From a bacterium (lineage in GTDB: Bacteria > Gemmatimonadota > Gemmatimonadetes > Gemmatimonadales > Gemmatimonadaceae), in assembly GCA_039934235.1 (NCBI GenBank), contig JBDTMO010000001.1, positions 1-32,410 of the forward strand: a stretch of 32,410 bases of DNA. Direction: 5' to 3'. Within the stretch, counting starts at the first letter, position 1, and every line of letters begins with the position of its first letter. Under the pieces are notes generated by a model. The model saw nothing but the letters and a program-made list of their open reading frames with translations. It was not told the origin of the DNA and ran no database searches. Below, one piece after another: positions 22,522 through 32,410 of the stretch. Made by a program: the position numbers and the translations under genes.

Positions 22522-25500
22522 ATGAAGTGCTCCACCAAACGGACGAGCACTAGTCCGCGGCAAGGCCGCGCGATGCGCTGGCCAGTTGCCATGGCTGCGC
22601 TCACACTTGCGTGGTCTGCCCACGCGCAAACCGCTCCCGGCGGCCTCGATCCCCGAAAGGCGATCAGCCAGTACGCCCTCGACACGTGGCAGACCGAACA
22701 AGGAATGCCACAGTCGCTCGTCAATGCATTGGCGCGGACGAGCGACGGATATCTCTGGATTGGTACGCAACTCGGCCTCACGCGGTTCGACGGCCTCACG
22801 TTCACGACGTTCAACGCGCGCAACACGCCCGCGTTGAGAGCGATGGACATCACCGCGTTATTCGTCGACCGAAGCGGAACGCTGTGGATCGGCGACGGCA
22901 TCTCTGGCGCGAGCCGCCTTACTGGCGGCGCGATCACCACCGTCGGCTGGGACCTTCCAGCACCTCAGGTGCACCGCTTCTATGAGACGCGCGATCGGAC
23001 AATCTGGGCCGGCACAGAAGGCGGGCTGTTCAAGCTGATCGACGGCATGTTCCGTCCGGTGCCCGGAGTTGAGTCGTCGGTGCGAGCATTCGCCGAGTTG
23101 CCAAACGGCGCGCTGCTGCTCGGTACTGATCACGGCTTGTTCGCGTGGAATGAAAACCGGTTGACCCGGTGGGAGTCACCCGGTGGCCGAATTGACGGGG
23201 CTGTTGGTTCATTGCTTCTGGATGCGCACGATACGCTGTGGATTGGCTTGACCGGCGAATTGGTTCGCGTTGCTGGGAAGGAGTTCACGCGCTTCACCAC
23301 GCGCGACGGCGTGCCTAACACGAGCGTGCAGCAGATCCTGCGCGACCGCAATGATCGGATATGGATCGGCACGCACGAGCGCGGCATTGCCCGGCTCGAT
23401 GGCACGCACTTCGAGGTATTCACGCGCGCGAACGGCATGGTGGGCGATGATGTCACCGCCCTGTTGGAGGATCCGGAAGGCAGCCTGTGGGCGGCTACGC
23501 TCAACGGAGGCCTCAATCGTTTTCGCGATGCGAAGTTTGCCGTGTACGGATTGCACGAGAGCATGCCCGCCGACGAGATATGGTCAGTCTATGCGGATCG
23601 CGACGGTTCGATCCTGAGCGGTGCGGAACGCGGTGGTATGACGCGGCTGGCGAACGGACGCGTTACCAACGCGAGTGCGGGCCTGCCGGGCGGGAAGCTG
23701 TACACGATGCTCCGAACCGCTGACAGCACGCTATGGGCAGGCACTGACAGCGGCACCTTTCGTCAGCGCAAAGGCAGCTGGGAAACCCTCGCGGCGCCGA
23801 ATCGGTTGCCGCCGGGCAGGGCGTCCGTGTTTTTCGAAGATCGCGATGGTGCGTTGTGGATCGGCGGTTCCTTCGGACTCTATCGGTACGCCAACGGTGT
23901 GTTTCGCTCGTTCACGAGCGAAGCCGGAGTCCGAAAGGCGCGCGTGTGGACCGTCTGCCAGGAAGGTGATGGAACGCTGTGGTTCGGTACGATCGGCCAG
24001 GGAGTGATCCGATTTCGTGACGGTAAATTCACGCCGTTCAACGCGAAGAACGGCCTGTCGCACGACGCGATCGAAGCGCTCTACGCGAGCTCCGACGGCG
24101 TGTGGGTTGGCTCCGCGTTCGGAGGTCTCGACCTGATTCGCAATGGGCGCATCACGACGCTTCCCGTCTCGCAGGTTCCGATGATCGACCTCCTGTCGAT
24201 CAATGAGGACGCTCATGGACGCCTCTGGTTCTCGTCCAGTCAGGGTCTGTACAGCGCGTCAAAACGACAACTGCTCGACGCGGCGGATGGCCGGCATACC
24301 GCGGTGGACATCCGCCGGTACGACCAGTTCGACGGACTGCGCTCAACGGAGTTCAACGGCGGCGGGCGCAACTCGAGCTGGAAAGGCGACGATGGACGCC
24401 TCTGGTTTCCAAGCATGAAGGGACTCGTGGTTGTGGATCCGGACCGTGAGCGGCTCGACCCTCAACCGCCGGCCGTGCATGTCGAGCGTGTGCTGTTCGA
24501 CGGCAAGGAGATTCCGCAGAAGAGCGGAGTGGAATTGCCACCTGGCGAAGGGCGACTGGAGTTTCGCTACACTGCCACAAGCCTGCTCATTCCATCGCGC
24601 GTCAGCTTCCGCTACAAGCTCGAGCCCTTCGACAAGGATTGGGTGAATGCGGGCAACCGGCGCGTTGCGTACTACACCGGGTTGCCAGCGGGACGCTATC
24701 GGTTCAAGGTGATCGCCACCAATAGCGATGGCGTGTGGAACCTCGTGGGGACGTCGTTTGCACTCCGCTTGAAACCGCATTTCATCGAAACGTTCTGGTT
24801 CCAGCTGCTCGTTGCCTTGGGTCTGCTCGCAGCAGCGGCGGCGATGGTGCGGTTGCGCACGCATCAAATCCGTCAGCGCGCGCGCGAGCTCACCACACTC
24901 GTCGATGAACGCACGGCCGCGCTCAGGACGTCAGAAGAACGCTACCGCGGCCTGTTCGACGCGAATCCGCAACCGGTCTGGGTGTACGATGTGGAGACGC
25001 TCGCATTCCTTGCCGTGAACCAGGCGGCGGTGAATCACTACGGCTACTCGCGCGAAGAATTTCTCGCGATGACGTTGAACGACGTGCGCGCACCGGATGC
25101 GCCCGCGAGCGATGCCCATGCATCGGTGAGCGACTCCAGCATGCGTCGCCACCGCAAGAAGGACGGCACCCTGATCGACGTGGAGGTCGCGTCGCACGAC
25201 ATCATGTTCGCCGACCGCCGCGCCTCGCTGCGCGTGATCGCAGACGTGACGGCGCGACGTGATCTCGAGGAGCGGTTGCGCCAAGCGCAGAAGATGGAAG
25301 CCATTGGCCAACTGGCGGGAGGCATCGCGCACGATCTCAACAACGTGCTCACGGCCGTCATGGCGCACGTCGATTTCGCCGTGACCGCGCTCCCGGACGA
25401 TTCGCCGAGCGCCACGGACCTCATGCAAGCGCAATCGGCGGCGCATCGTGGCGCAGGGATGATTCGAAAGCTCCTCGGCTTCAGCCGTCGCGAGCGTCTC

Positions 25501-26424
25501 ATCCTCAAGCGGCTGCAGCTTGGCCAACTCGTGTCGGGGCTTGCCGACACGATTCGACTCGTGCTGCCGACTCACATCGATGTGGTGGTGGAACGCGGCG
25601 AGCAGGAACCGGCTGCATCGGCGGACGCAGATTCCGTGGAGCAGATCTTACTGAACCTCGCCACCAATTCGCGCGATGCCATGCCGAACGGCGGTCGGAT
25701 TCGAATTGTGGTGCGCGCTGCCACACTCGATGCTGCGCACATCGCCGAGACCGGCTGGGGGAGGCAGGGCGAGTATGTGGTGATCGAGGTGGCCGACACG
25801 GGCGTCGGCATGGATGCAACAACGTTGGCGCGCATCTTCGAACCATACTTTTCAACCAAGGCACAGGCGCACGGATCGGGGCTGGGTCTCGCGATGGTGT
25901 ACGGACTGATGAAGCAGCATCGCGGGTACATCGCGGTGTCGAGCACGCCGGACGAGGGCACCGCGGTCACACTGTACTTCCCAGTGAGCACGGAGCCTGT
26001 CGTCGCACCGCAGGTCGAGGTGCGTCGCGCGCCGGACAAGGCAAATGAAACGATCCTCCTGGTGGAGGACGAGAGCGGTGTTCGTGCGGTGGCGGCGCGC
26101 GCGCTCAGCCGCCGAGGCTATCAGGTGCTCACTGCGTGCGATGGGCGCGAAGGCTTGCAGACGTGGCGTGAAAACGCCGACGTAATCGACCTCATCGTAT
26201 CCGACGCGATCATGCCCCACATGAGCGGGCAGGAAATGTTCGAGGCCATCAATAGCGAGCGTCCTGGCGTACTCATGATGTTGACCAGTGGCTATTCGGG
26301 CGATGCAGCGACCATGGATCTCCCCGGTCCAGTCGACGTCCCATTTCTCGCGAAGCCATGGACAGTGCACGACCTGCTGGCTGCCGTGCGCGAAGTGCTC
26401 ACCCCGTCGACGGACGCTTTGTAG
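22522..26424 (+). CDS. hybrid sensor histidine kinase/response regulator with periplasmic two-component-regulator propeller repeats and Y_Y_Y domain
   Basis: About 14 repeats of the ...DG.LW(I/F)GT..GL..F type. Y_Y_Y: FRYKLEPFDKDWVNAGNRRVAYYTGLPAGRYRFKV. TM: FWFQLLVALGLLAAAAAMV. PAS, then H-box GGIAHDLNNVL, then HATPase (DTGVGM, GSGLGLAMVYG). C-terminal receiver (ILLVEDE...IVSDAIMPHMSG...LAKPW). Confidence 0.92.
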   Translation: MKCSTKRTSTSPRQGRAMRWPVAMAALTLAWSAHAQTAPGGLDPRKAISQYALDTWQTEQGMPQSLVNALARTSDGYLWIGTQLGLTRFDGLTFTTFNARNTPALRAMDITALFVDRSGTLWIGDGISGASRLTGGAITTVGWDLPAPQVHRFYETRDRTIWAGTEGGLFKLIDGMFRPVPGVESSVRAFAELPNGALLLGTDHGLFAWNENRLTRWESPGGRIDGAVGSLLLDAHDTLWIGLTGELVRVAGKEFTRFTTRDGVPNTSVQQILRDRNDRIWIGTHERGIARLDGTHFEVFTRANGMVGDDVTALLEDPEGSLWAATLNGGLNRFRDAKFAVYGLHESMPADEIWSVYADRDGSILSGAERGGMTRLANGRVTNASAGLPGGKLYTMLRTADSTLWAGTDSGTFRQRKGSWETLAAPNRLPPGRASVFFEDRDGALWIGGSFGLYRYANGVFRSFTSEAGVRKARVWTVCQEGDGTLWFGTIGQGVIRFRDGKFTPFNAKNGLSHDAIEALYASSDGVWVGSAFGGLDLIRNGRITTLPVSQVPMIDLLSINEDAHGRLWFSSSQGLYSASKRQLLDAADGRHTAVDIRRYDQFDGLRSTEFNGGGRNSSWKGDDGRLWFPSMKGLVVVDPDRERLDPQPPAVHVERVLFDGKEIPQKSGVELPPGEGRLEFRYTATSLLIPSRVSFRYKLEPFDKDWVNAGNRRVAYYTGLPAGRYRFKVIATNSDGVWNLVGTSFALRLKPHFIETFWFQLLVALGLLAAAAAMVRLRTHQIRQRARELTTLVDERTAALRTSEERYRGLFDANPQPVWVYDVETLAFLAVNQAAVNHYGYSREEFLAMTLNDVRAPDAPASDAHASVSDSSMRRHRKKDGTLIDVEVASHDIMFADRRASLRVIADVTARRDLEERLRQAQKMEAIGQLAGGIAHDLNNVLTAVMAHVDFAVTALPDDSPSATDLMQAQSAAHRGAGMIRKLLGFSRRERLILKRLQLGQLVSGLADTIRLVLPTHIDVVVERGEQEPAASADADSVEQILLNLATNSRDAMPNGGRIRIVVRAATLDAAHIAETGWGRQGEYVVIEVADTGVGMDATTLARIFEPYFSTKAQAHGSGLGLAMVYGLMKQHRGYIAVSSTPDEGTAVTLYFPVSTEPVVAPQVEVRRAPDKANETILLVEDESGVRAVAARALSRRGYQVLTACDGREGLQTWRENADVIDLIVSDAIMPHMSGQEMFEAINSERPGVLMMLTSGYSGDAATMDLPGPVDVPFLAKPWTVHDLLAAVREVLTPSTDAL

Positions 26425-26463
26425 CGAACGGGCGTGACGAAGCCGCAGGACGCTATCACATGT

Positions 26464-28137
26464 CTAGCGAAAGAGGCTGCCCAGATCTCCAACGAGCTTC
26501 GAAGCGCCGCTGACGAGCCCGACGAGTGATGCGGCCGCGACGATCCATTTGCTGTTGCGGACGTACCACGGAGACGACTTCTCCAACAACTTTTCGAGCA
26601 GCTCCGTGGCTCTCACGAGCGCCTGTTGCTTGTCCGACGATTCCTTCGCCTCGTTGTATTCGCCCACCATGCTGATGATGGTGGCGCCCAGGAACTGCAC
26701 GTCGAGCTTCGCCGTTTGCTGCACGATCGCGTCGACGGTCAGGATCATGGTTCGAGTGAGATTCCGCTTGTCACGGCTTCCCGTGAGAGCCGCCGTCACC
26801 TGACGCTCCAGTGCCGTTCTCCTGTCGTCGATGGCGCGGCCGATCAGCGTTCCGGCAAGCAATCCAGCGAGCATGAGGCCGATGCCCTGAGCGATTGCGC
26901 CGATTGGGATGGGGGGATTTTCTGCGCCGCCCGGATTCGGGATGGCACCCTTCGATTGCCAGATCACCGTGACGACCAGTATCAACGCAAACGCAACCAG
27001 CACGGTCGGCCAGAGGCGCGACCGCGTGCGGGGCTGCGCGTTCGCGGCGCCTGAAGCGATGGGCACGTCGACTGTGATCCGATGCGGTGACGTGGCGTCG
27101 GCAGCGAGAACCCCAACATCGCGCTGGGAGCGTTCTTGCCCAGCAACGTTCAGGATCGACGTCAGCGCATTCGCCACCGCGTCCGCGCTTGCCGGTCTCT
27201 CCTCCGGGTTGCGGTGCAGCATGGCGACAAGCAACTGGCGGAGTTCCAGGGGAATCGCGTCGTCATTCGGTACCTCCTCCTCCTCTCGCAGGCGCCGTAT
27301 GAAGATGCTCCGAAGATCCTGATCGCCCACCGGGGCCCAGAGCATGTTGCGCATCACGAGCCCCAGTCCGTAGACGTCGGCCCGCGTCGACAGGGCAGCA
27401 CCCCGAAGCTGTTCGGGCGACATGTACGTAGGCGTGCCGGCCAGCGTGCCGGAATGTGTGAGGCGTTGAACCTGATCGTTCTCACGTTCCAGATCGCCGA
27501 GCGCGCCGAAGTCGGACAACTTCGCGTCGGCAAGACGGCCGCCCGGAACGAGAATATTGGACGGCTTCACGTCACGATGCAGGATGTCATGCTCGTGCGC
27601 GACGAACAATCCGCGCGCAACCGCCCGACCCAACTCGGCCGCCTCCACCCACGAAAATGGAAACCGCTCCGCGGACATGCCTTCCAGGCTTCGACCGCCT
27701 TCGACCCACTCCAGCGCCAGATAACTGAATCCGTCGTCCGTTTCTCCCGCCTCGTACAGGCGCAGGACGTTCGGGTGATCCAACCGGCCGAGAAATGCGA
27801 TCTCTCGCTGGAATCGCTTTCGTGCCGTCTCAGTCTCGATCCGCGCGAGCTTGATCGCGACCTGTCGGCCAGTCGCCTCGTGGACGGCCATCCACACCGT
27901 CGAGAACGTTCCCTGGCCAACCTGGGCTCTAAGGAGATACGGGCCCGCCCGCCGCGTGGAATCACGCGTACTGCTCAAGGTCGCATGAACACGAGCAGTC
28001 CCACAGACCGCGCAGAACCGCGAGTCGGGCTCATACGGATGATGGCACTGCGCACATTCTCCCGATGCAACCGCCTTGTCCATGGCCCTCCACGACATGC
28101 AACCAAGTCCACGCATTGGCGCCAGCGGCGACCGCAC
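26464..28137 (-). CDS. Ser/Thr protein kinase with N-terminal zinc ribbon, two TM segments and an uncharacterised C-terminal helical domain
   Basis: Zinc ribbon CAQCHHPYEPDSRFCAVCG. Kinase motifs VAIKL, HRDVKPSNIL, DFG, GTPTYMSPEQ. TM segments LWPTVLVAFALILVVTVIW and IAQGIGLMLAGLLAGTLIG. Start uncertain; ATG at 28083 (MDKAV) is possible. Confidence 0.88.
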   Translation of the reverse strand: MRSPLAPMRGLGCMSWRAMDKAVASGECAQCHHPYEPDSRFCAVCGTARVHATLSSTRDSTRRAGPYLLRAQVGQGTFSTVWMAVHEATGRQVAIKLARIETETARKRFQREIAFLGRLDHPNVLRLYEAGETDDGFSYLALEWVEGGRSLEGMSAERFPFSWVEAAELGRAVARGLFVAHEHDILHRDVKPSNILVPGGRLADAKLSDFGALGDLERENDQVQRLTHSGTLAGTPTYMSPEQLRGAALSTRADVYGLGLVMRNMLWAPVGDQDLRSIFIRRLREEEEVPNDDAIPLELRQLLVAMLHRNPEERPASADAVANALTSILNVAGQERSQRDVGVLAADATSPHRITVDVPIASGAANAQPRTRSRLWPTVLVAFALILVVTVIWQSKGAIPNPGGAENPPIPIGAIAQGIGLMLAGLLAGTLIGRAIDDRRTALERQVTAALTGSRDKRNLTRTMILTVDAIVQQTAKLDVQFLGATIISMVGEYNEAKESSDKQQALVRATELLEKLLEKSSPWYVRNSKWIVAAASLVGLVSGASKLVGDLGSLFR

Positions 28138-28209
28138 ACCCCAAGCGCCTTAGAACGTGATGCAGATCAAATCGCGCGTCAAGCGACGATGCCGGTCACG
28201 ACCACAGCG

Positions 28210-29226
28210 TCATGGCGTCGGGTTGTTGAGCGAGTCTGCGTGGCGCAGATGGGCGCGCACGGCAGCGAGCATGATTTGCGGGTTATCCCACGTGGTCATG
28301 TGCGCCGATCCCGGGATGACAACGACGTTCGCGTCCGGGACCATCGCCGCGTGTTTGCGAATCGTCACGGGATCGGCTTCGTCAACGTCGCCAACGGTGA
28401 ACAGCGTGGGGACTTTCACGCTCTTCAGGAAACTCGTCGCGTCGTACCGCTTCAGCGTTCCGGTGATCGTGAATTCACTTGGCCCCTGCATGAAATTGTA
28501 GATCGACTGATTCACCTGCTGCATCGTGCTGTCGAGATCTGCTGGCACGGGGTTGAGCCAGACGTATTTCGCGTAGAACGCTTGCAACGCGGCCTGGTAG
28601 TCCGGGGCATCGTACTTCTTTTCCGCCTCGCGAGTTTTTACCGCGCGTTGAAAGGAATCGGGCAACGTCGCCAGCAATGCGCGCGCGTGCCGTTCCCATT
28701 GCGGGATGTCGAGCGCCGCGCTCGCAAGCGTCAGGCTGGCGACGTGCGCTGGATGTGCGCGGTAGTACTCGAGGCCGAGGATGGTTCCCCACGAGTGCCC
28801 TACGATGTGCACCTTGTCGTAACCCAGATGTGCGCGCAACGAATCGAGCTCTCGGACGAAGTGCGCGATCGTCATCTTCCTGGTATCGGTGAGCCCACTC
28901 GACTTGCCGCCGCCGAGTTGGTCGTAGCGAACCACGATGCGGTCATCGCCGAGCCCTTCGAGTGGCTTGAGGTAATAACTGCTGAACCCCGGACCGCCGT
29001 GCAGCAGGATGACTGGTGTTCCCGTTCCATCTCCCGAGACCTTGTACCAGATCTCGCCGCCATCGACCGCCATACGTGCCTCCCCCGGTCCAAGCCTGGG
29101 AGTGGCTGCAGCACGAGTGGAATCGGGACGCATTGCCGCGCTGTCGGATTTTGCCGGCGCGCCCTTGTCGGCACACGCGAGTGCGGCGAGTGATGCGAAC
29201 GCGAGCGCGAACGGCGCCTGGCGCAT
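28210..29226 (-). CDS. proline iminopeptidase-family alpha/beta hydrolase (S33), exported
   Basis: ILLHGGPGFSSYY, nucleophile elbow VGHSWGT, and C-terminal SAHMTTWDNP. Start chosen at MRQAPFALAFASLAALACAD (signal or lipoprotein-like). Confidence 0.85.
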   Translation of the reverse strand: MRQAPFALAFASLAALACADKGAPAKSDSAAMRPDSTRAAATPRLGPGEARMAVDGGEIWYKVSGDGTGTPVILLHGGPGFSSYYLKPLEGLGDDRIVVRYDQLGGGKSSGLTDTRKMTIAHFVRELDSLRAHLGYDKVHIVGHSWGTILGLEYYRAHPAHVASLTLASAALDIPQWERHARALLATLPDSFQRAVKTREAEKKYDAPDYQAALQAFYAKYVWLNPVPADLDSTMQQVNQSIYNFMQGPSEFTITGTLKRYDATSFLKSVKVPTLFTVGDVDEADPVTIRKHAAMVPDANVVVIPGSAHMTTWDNPQIMLAAVRAHLRHADSLNNPTP

Positions 29227-29399
29227 GTGTGGTACCTCGAGAATAGGTGATGACGCTACGACCGCGCGAGGCGAGTTGGACGTGCGCGGCGTGGTGAGGA
29301 GAGTGGGCCACAGGAGCGTGACCTCGGTATTCGGCGGGTTGTCGTGCACGAGCTCACGGATGGCGGAAATACCGCCCAAGCCACCGTGGATCGACAGCA

Positions 29400-29434
29400 A
29401 GCAAAATGGGTCGACTCTCAGTGGAAGTCGACCC
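29400..29434 (-). terminator. intrinsic terminator after the MacB-type permease gene
   Basis: The minus strand reads GGGTCGACT tccactgag AGTCGACCC ATTTTGCTTGC: a 9-bp stem (29408-29416 / 29426-29434) followed by a T-rich tract. Confidence 0.75.
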
Positions 29435-29460
29435 AGTGCATGCCCGATTGCTGCGACGTG

Positions 29461-30678
<1,218 letters not shown>

Positions 30679-30748
30679 TGGATTCTCTTGAAAGCCCTAA
30701 CTGAAAACTCGGAACTGCGTGTTAGAAACAGCGCGACGGCAGGTGCAG

Positions 30749-30787
30749 GTGCAGATCCTTCGACTCGCTATGCTCGCTCAGGATGAC
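30749..30787 (-). repeat. REP-like dispersed element, long class, copy F
   Basis: gtgcagatccttcgactcgctatgctcgctcaggatgac differs from copy A at one position. It lies in the 115-bp spacer between the adaptor and permease genes. Confidence 0.9.
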
Positions 30788-30793
30788 AGGGGA

Positions 30794-32410
30794 TCAACCG
30801 CCAGGACCGCGCCCGCCGCCGCCACCACCACCGCCGCGCTGACCGCCGCCAGCACCACCCGCACCACCCGCAGGCGCCTGCTGCATGCCCGGGACGCCGC
30901 TGTTGGCCTTCATCCGATCATTGTTCAGCTGACGCTGTGCCTGGAGCGCAGCGGCCGCGAGAAGCGCAACCTGCTCGCCTTCCTTCACGCCGCTCACGAC
31001 TTCCGTGTAATCAAAGTTGGACGCACCGAGCTGCACGAGCCTCGGCTCGAACGTCTCTCCCTTCTTTACGAACACGAGACCGGCCCGCGTACGCCGCGCA
31101 CCTGCCGGCGACAATTCGCCGCCACCACCGATGTTGAGCGCCGCGCCGGGAGCGCCCGCACCACCACGCCCACTCGGGGCACCCTGAGTGCCGGCACGAT
31201 TGCCGCGACCAGCCTGCGCGCCGCCCGTCTGCCCTGCGGCAGCTGCGCCCTGCGCGCCACCGGCTCCGCCGCCCTGCATCCCGCCGCTCGCCTGCATTTC
31301 CTTGCGACGGCAGGCACCACCCACGCGCGCGTCGACGCCGACCGCCGCGTAAATCTTGTCGGACTCCGCGCGCATCGCCTCACGATCCATGGCGCCGCTC
31401 ATCATCTGCTGGCGCAGACCATCGAGCTTTGCTTTCTCCGCCGGCTTCTTCGCAAATGCGGTTGTCACCGCCTTGCACTGCGCGTCGGTGACGTCAATCT
31501 GCTGGAAACCGCCCTGGCCACCCTGACCGCCCTGACCCTGCTGCGGAGCCAGTTCGACGTCCCCGCGCGAAGTGCCGGTCGTCGCACCAGGAGCGCCTGC
31601 AGCCGGTGCCGCACCGCCCTGACCACCGCGATTGCGTCCGCCGCCACCAGCACCGCCACCAGCACCACCACGGGCACCGCCACCGCCACCGCCACGCGCA
31701 GCCATCTGCGCCGCGATCTGCGCACGCACCGTGTCGGCATTCAAGCCAAGAATCGGTGCCGTCGTCGCAGCTTCACGCGGATTGCGCACGGCATCATTCG
31801 GCACCGAAAGCACATTGGTCCGCTCCTCGACCATCACATTGGTCTCGCCGTTCATGCCCGGCTTGAGCAAACCCTCGTTGTTCTCGAGCGTGACCAGCAC
31901 CGGGAACATCGTCACGTTCTGCTGGATGACAGCAGACGGCTCGATCTTTTCAACGGTACCGGTGAAGCGACGATCGGGATACGCATCAACCGTCACGGTG
32001 GCCGCCTGTCCGGGCCGCACCTGACCAATATCCGTCTCATTGAACAGCGCCCGCACACGCACTCGGCCAAGATCAGCCATCTTGAGCAGCGTCGTTCCGC
32101 CGCCGAAGGCGCCAGTCGCCGACGTGATGACGGTGCCAAGAGCGACTGTGCGCTCGATGACGGTGCCTGCCACCGGTGCCGTGACCGTGGCGTCTTCGAG
32201 GCTCTGCTTGCGAAGGTCGAGGCTCGTGCGCGCGGACACGAGCGCCGACTGCGCGTTCGCGAAGTCGATCTGCGCGGCCTCATGCTCAGTCGCCGTGATG
32301 ATGCGATTCTTGAACAGGTCATCCGCGCGCTTCTTCTGCGCCGTGGAGACGTCGAGCTTGGACTTGGCCGCCGCGAGCTGCGCCGCGACCTGGTCATACT
32401 GGTTCTGCAC
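30794..32410 (-). CDS. efflux periplasmic adaptor (HlyD/MFP, MacA-like), N-terminus outside window, with a ~230-aa Gly-rich insertion and Gly-rich C-terminal tail
   Basis: Coiled-coil hairpin (QLAAAKSKLDVSTAQKKRADDLF...FANAQSALVSARTSLDLRKQSL). Lipoyl/beta-barrel part (VTAPVAGTVIERTV...GQAATVTVDAYPDRRFTGTVEKIEP...). Membrane-proximal part (GLVFVKKGETFEPRLVQLGASNFDYTEVVSGVKEGEQVAL). Confidence 0.88.
   Translation of the reverse strand: MQNQYDQVAAQLAAAKSKLDVSTAQKKRADDLFKNRIITATEHEAAQIDFANAQSALVSARTSLDLRKQSLEDATVTAPVAGTVIERTVALGTVITSATGAFGGGTTLLKMADLGRVRVRALFNETDIGQVRPGQAATVTVDAYPDRRFTGTVEKIEPSAVIQQNVTMFPVLVTLENNEGLLKPGMNGETNVMVEERTNVLSVPNDAVRNPREAATTAPILGLNADTVRAQIAAQMAARGGGGGGARGGAGGGAGGGGRNRGGQGGAAPAAGAPGATTGTSRGDVELAPQQGQGGQGGQGGFQQIDVTDAQCKAVTTAFAKKPAEKAKLDGLRQQMMSGAMDREAMRAESDKIYAAVGVDARVGGACRRKEMQASGGMQGGGAGGAQGAAAAGQTGGAQAGRGNRAGTQGAPSGRGGAGAPGAALNIGGGGELSPAGARRTRAGLVFVKKGETFEPRLVQLGASNFDYTEVVSGVKEGEQVALLAAAALQAQRQLNNDRMKANSGVPGMQQAPAGGAGGAGGGQRGGGGGGGGRGPGG

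Noticed and set aside
27136-29193. 685-aa plus-strand ORF
   Set aside because: It is antisense to the Ser/Thr kinase and proline iminopeptidase genes, both of which have clear catalytic motifs. It is Arg-rich with no domain signature.
29227-29400. 58-codon N-terminal extension of the iminopeptidase ORF (track start 29400)
   Set aside because: The extension overlaps the terminator hairpin of the upstream gene and lacks a signal peptide. The ATG at 29226 is followed immediately by a typical export signal.

Overview
GC-rich window (about two-thirds G+C by eye). It looks like a bacterial chromosome; the gene content and a dispersed GTCATCCTGAGCG-type repeat fit a soil Gemmatimonadota- or Acidobacteriota-like organism, which is inference only. 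I support about 24 protein genes.

Left to right:
- a partial phage-tail-tube-like gene (absent from the ORF track) facing a decapitated KaiC-like ORF that is coupled to a PAS-GAF histidine kinase
- secreted M20 and M28 peptidases
- an OmpR/HK two-component pair
- an IS110/IS1111-family insertion sequence with 12-bp inverted repeats and a long structured 3' non-coding tail
- an outer-membrane beta-barrel gene, an MbfA-type erythrin-VIT1 gene and a two-PDZ protein with Met-Pro-Ala and 18-aa repeats
- a minus-strand run: ferric-reductase-like membrane protein, PadR, Kup, Kup
- CsbD and a TonB-family gene
- a decayed accessory patch (20.2-22.5 kb) holding an XRE-HTH plus minimal nucleotidyltransferase pair and an internally deleted aldehyde dehydrogenase remnant
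- a 1300-aa propeller/Y_Y_Y hybrid histidine kinase and a zinc-ribbon Ser/Thr kinase
- a proline iminopeptidase-family hydrolase
- a MacB-type permease and a partial periplasmic adaptor with a glycine-rich insertion

No rRNA, tRNA or CRISPR array was recognised.

The most interesting signals are:
- The IS 3' tail carries copies of the insertion-site flanks, making it a candidate bridge RNA.
- The HTH plus NTase pair looks like a toxin-antitoxin or defence module.
- The tail-like/KaiC junction at the left edge may be an island boundary.
- A perfect AT-rich 24-bp palindrome lies in the padR promoter.
- A REP-like repeat family is present at six loci.

All calls rest on reading the sequence and recalling family motifs; no searches were run.
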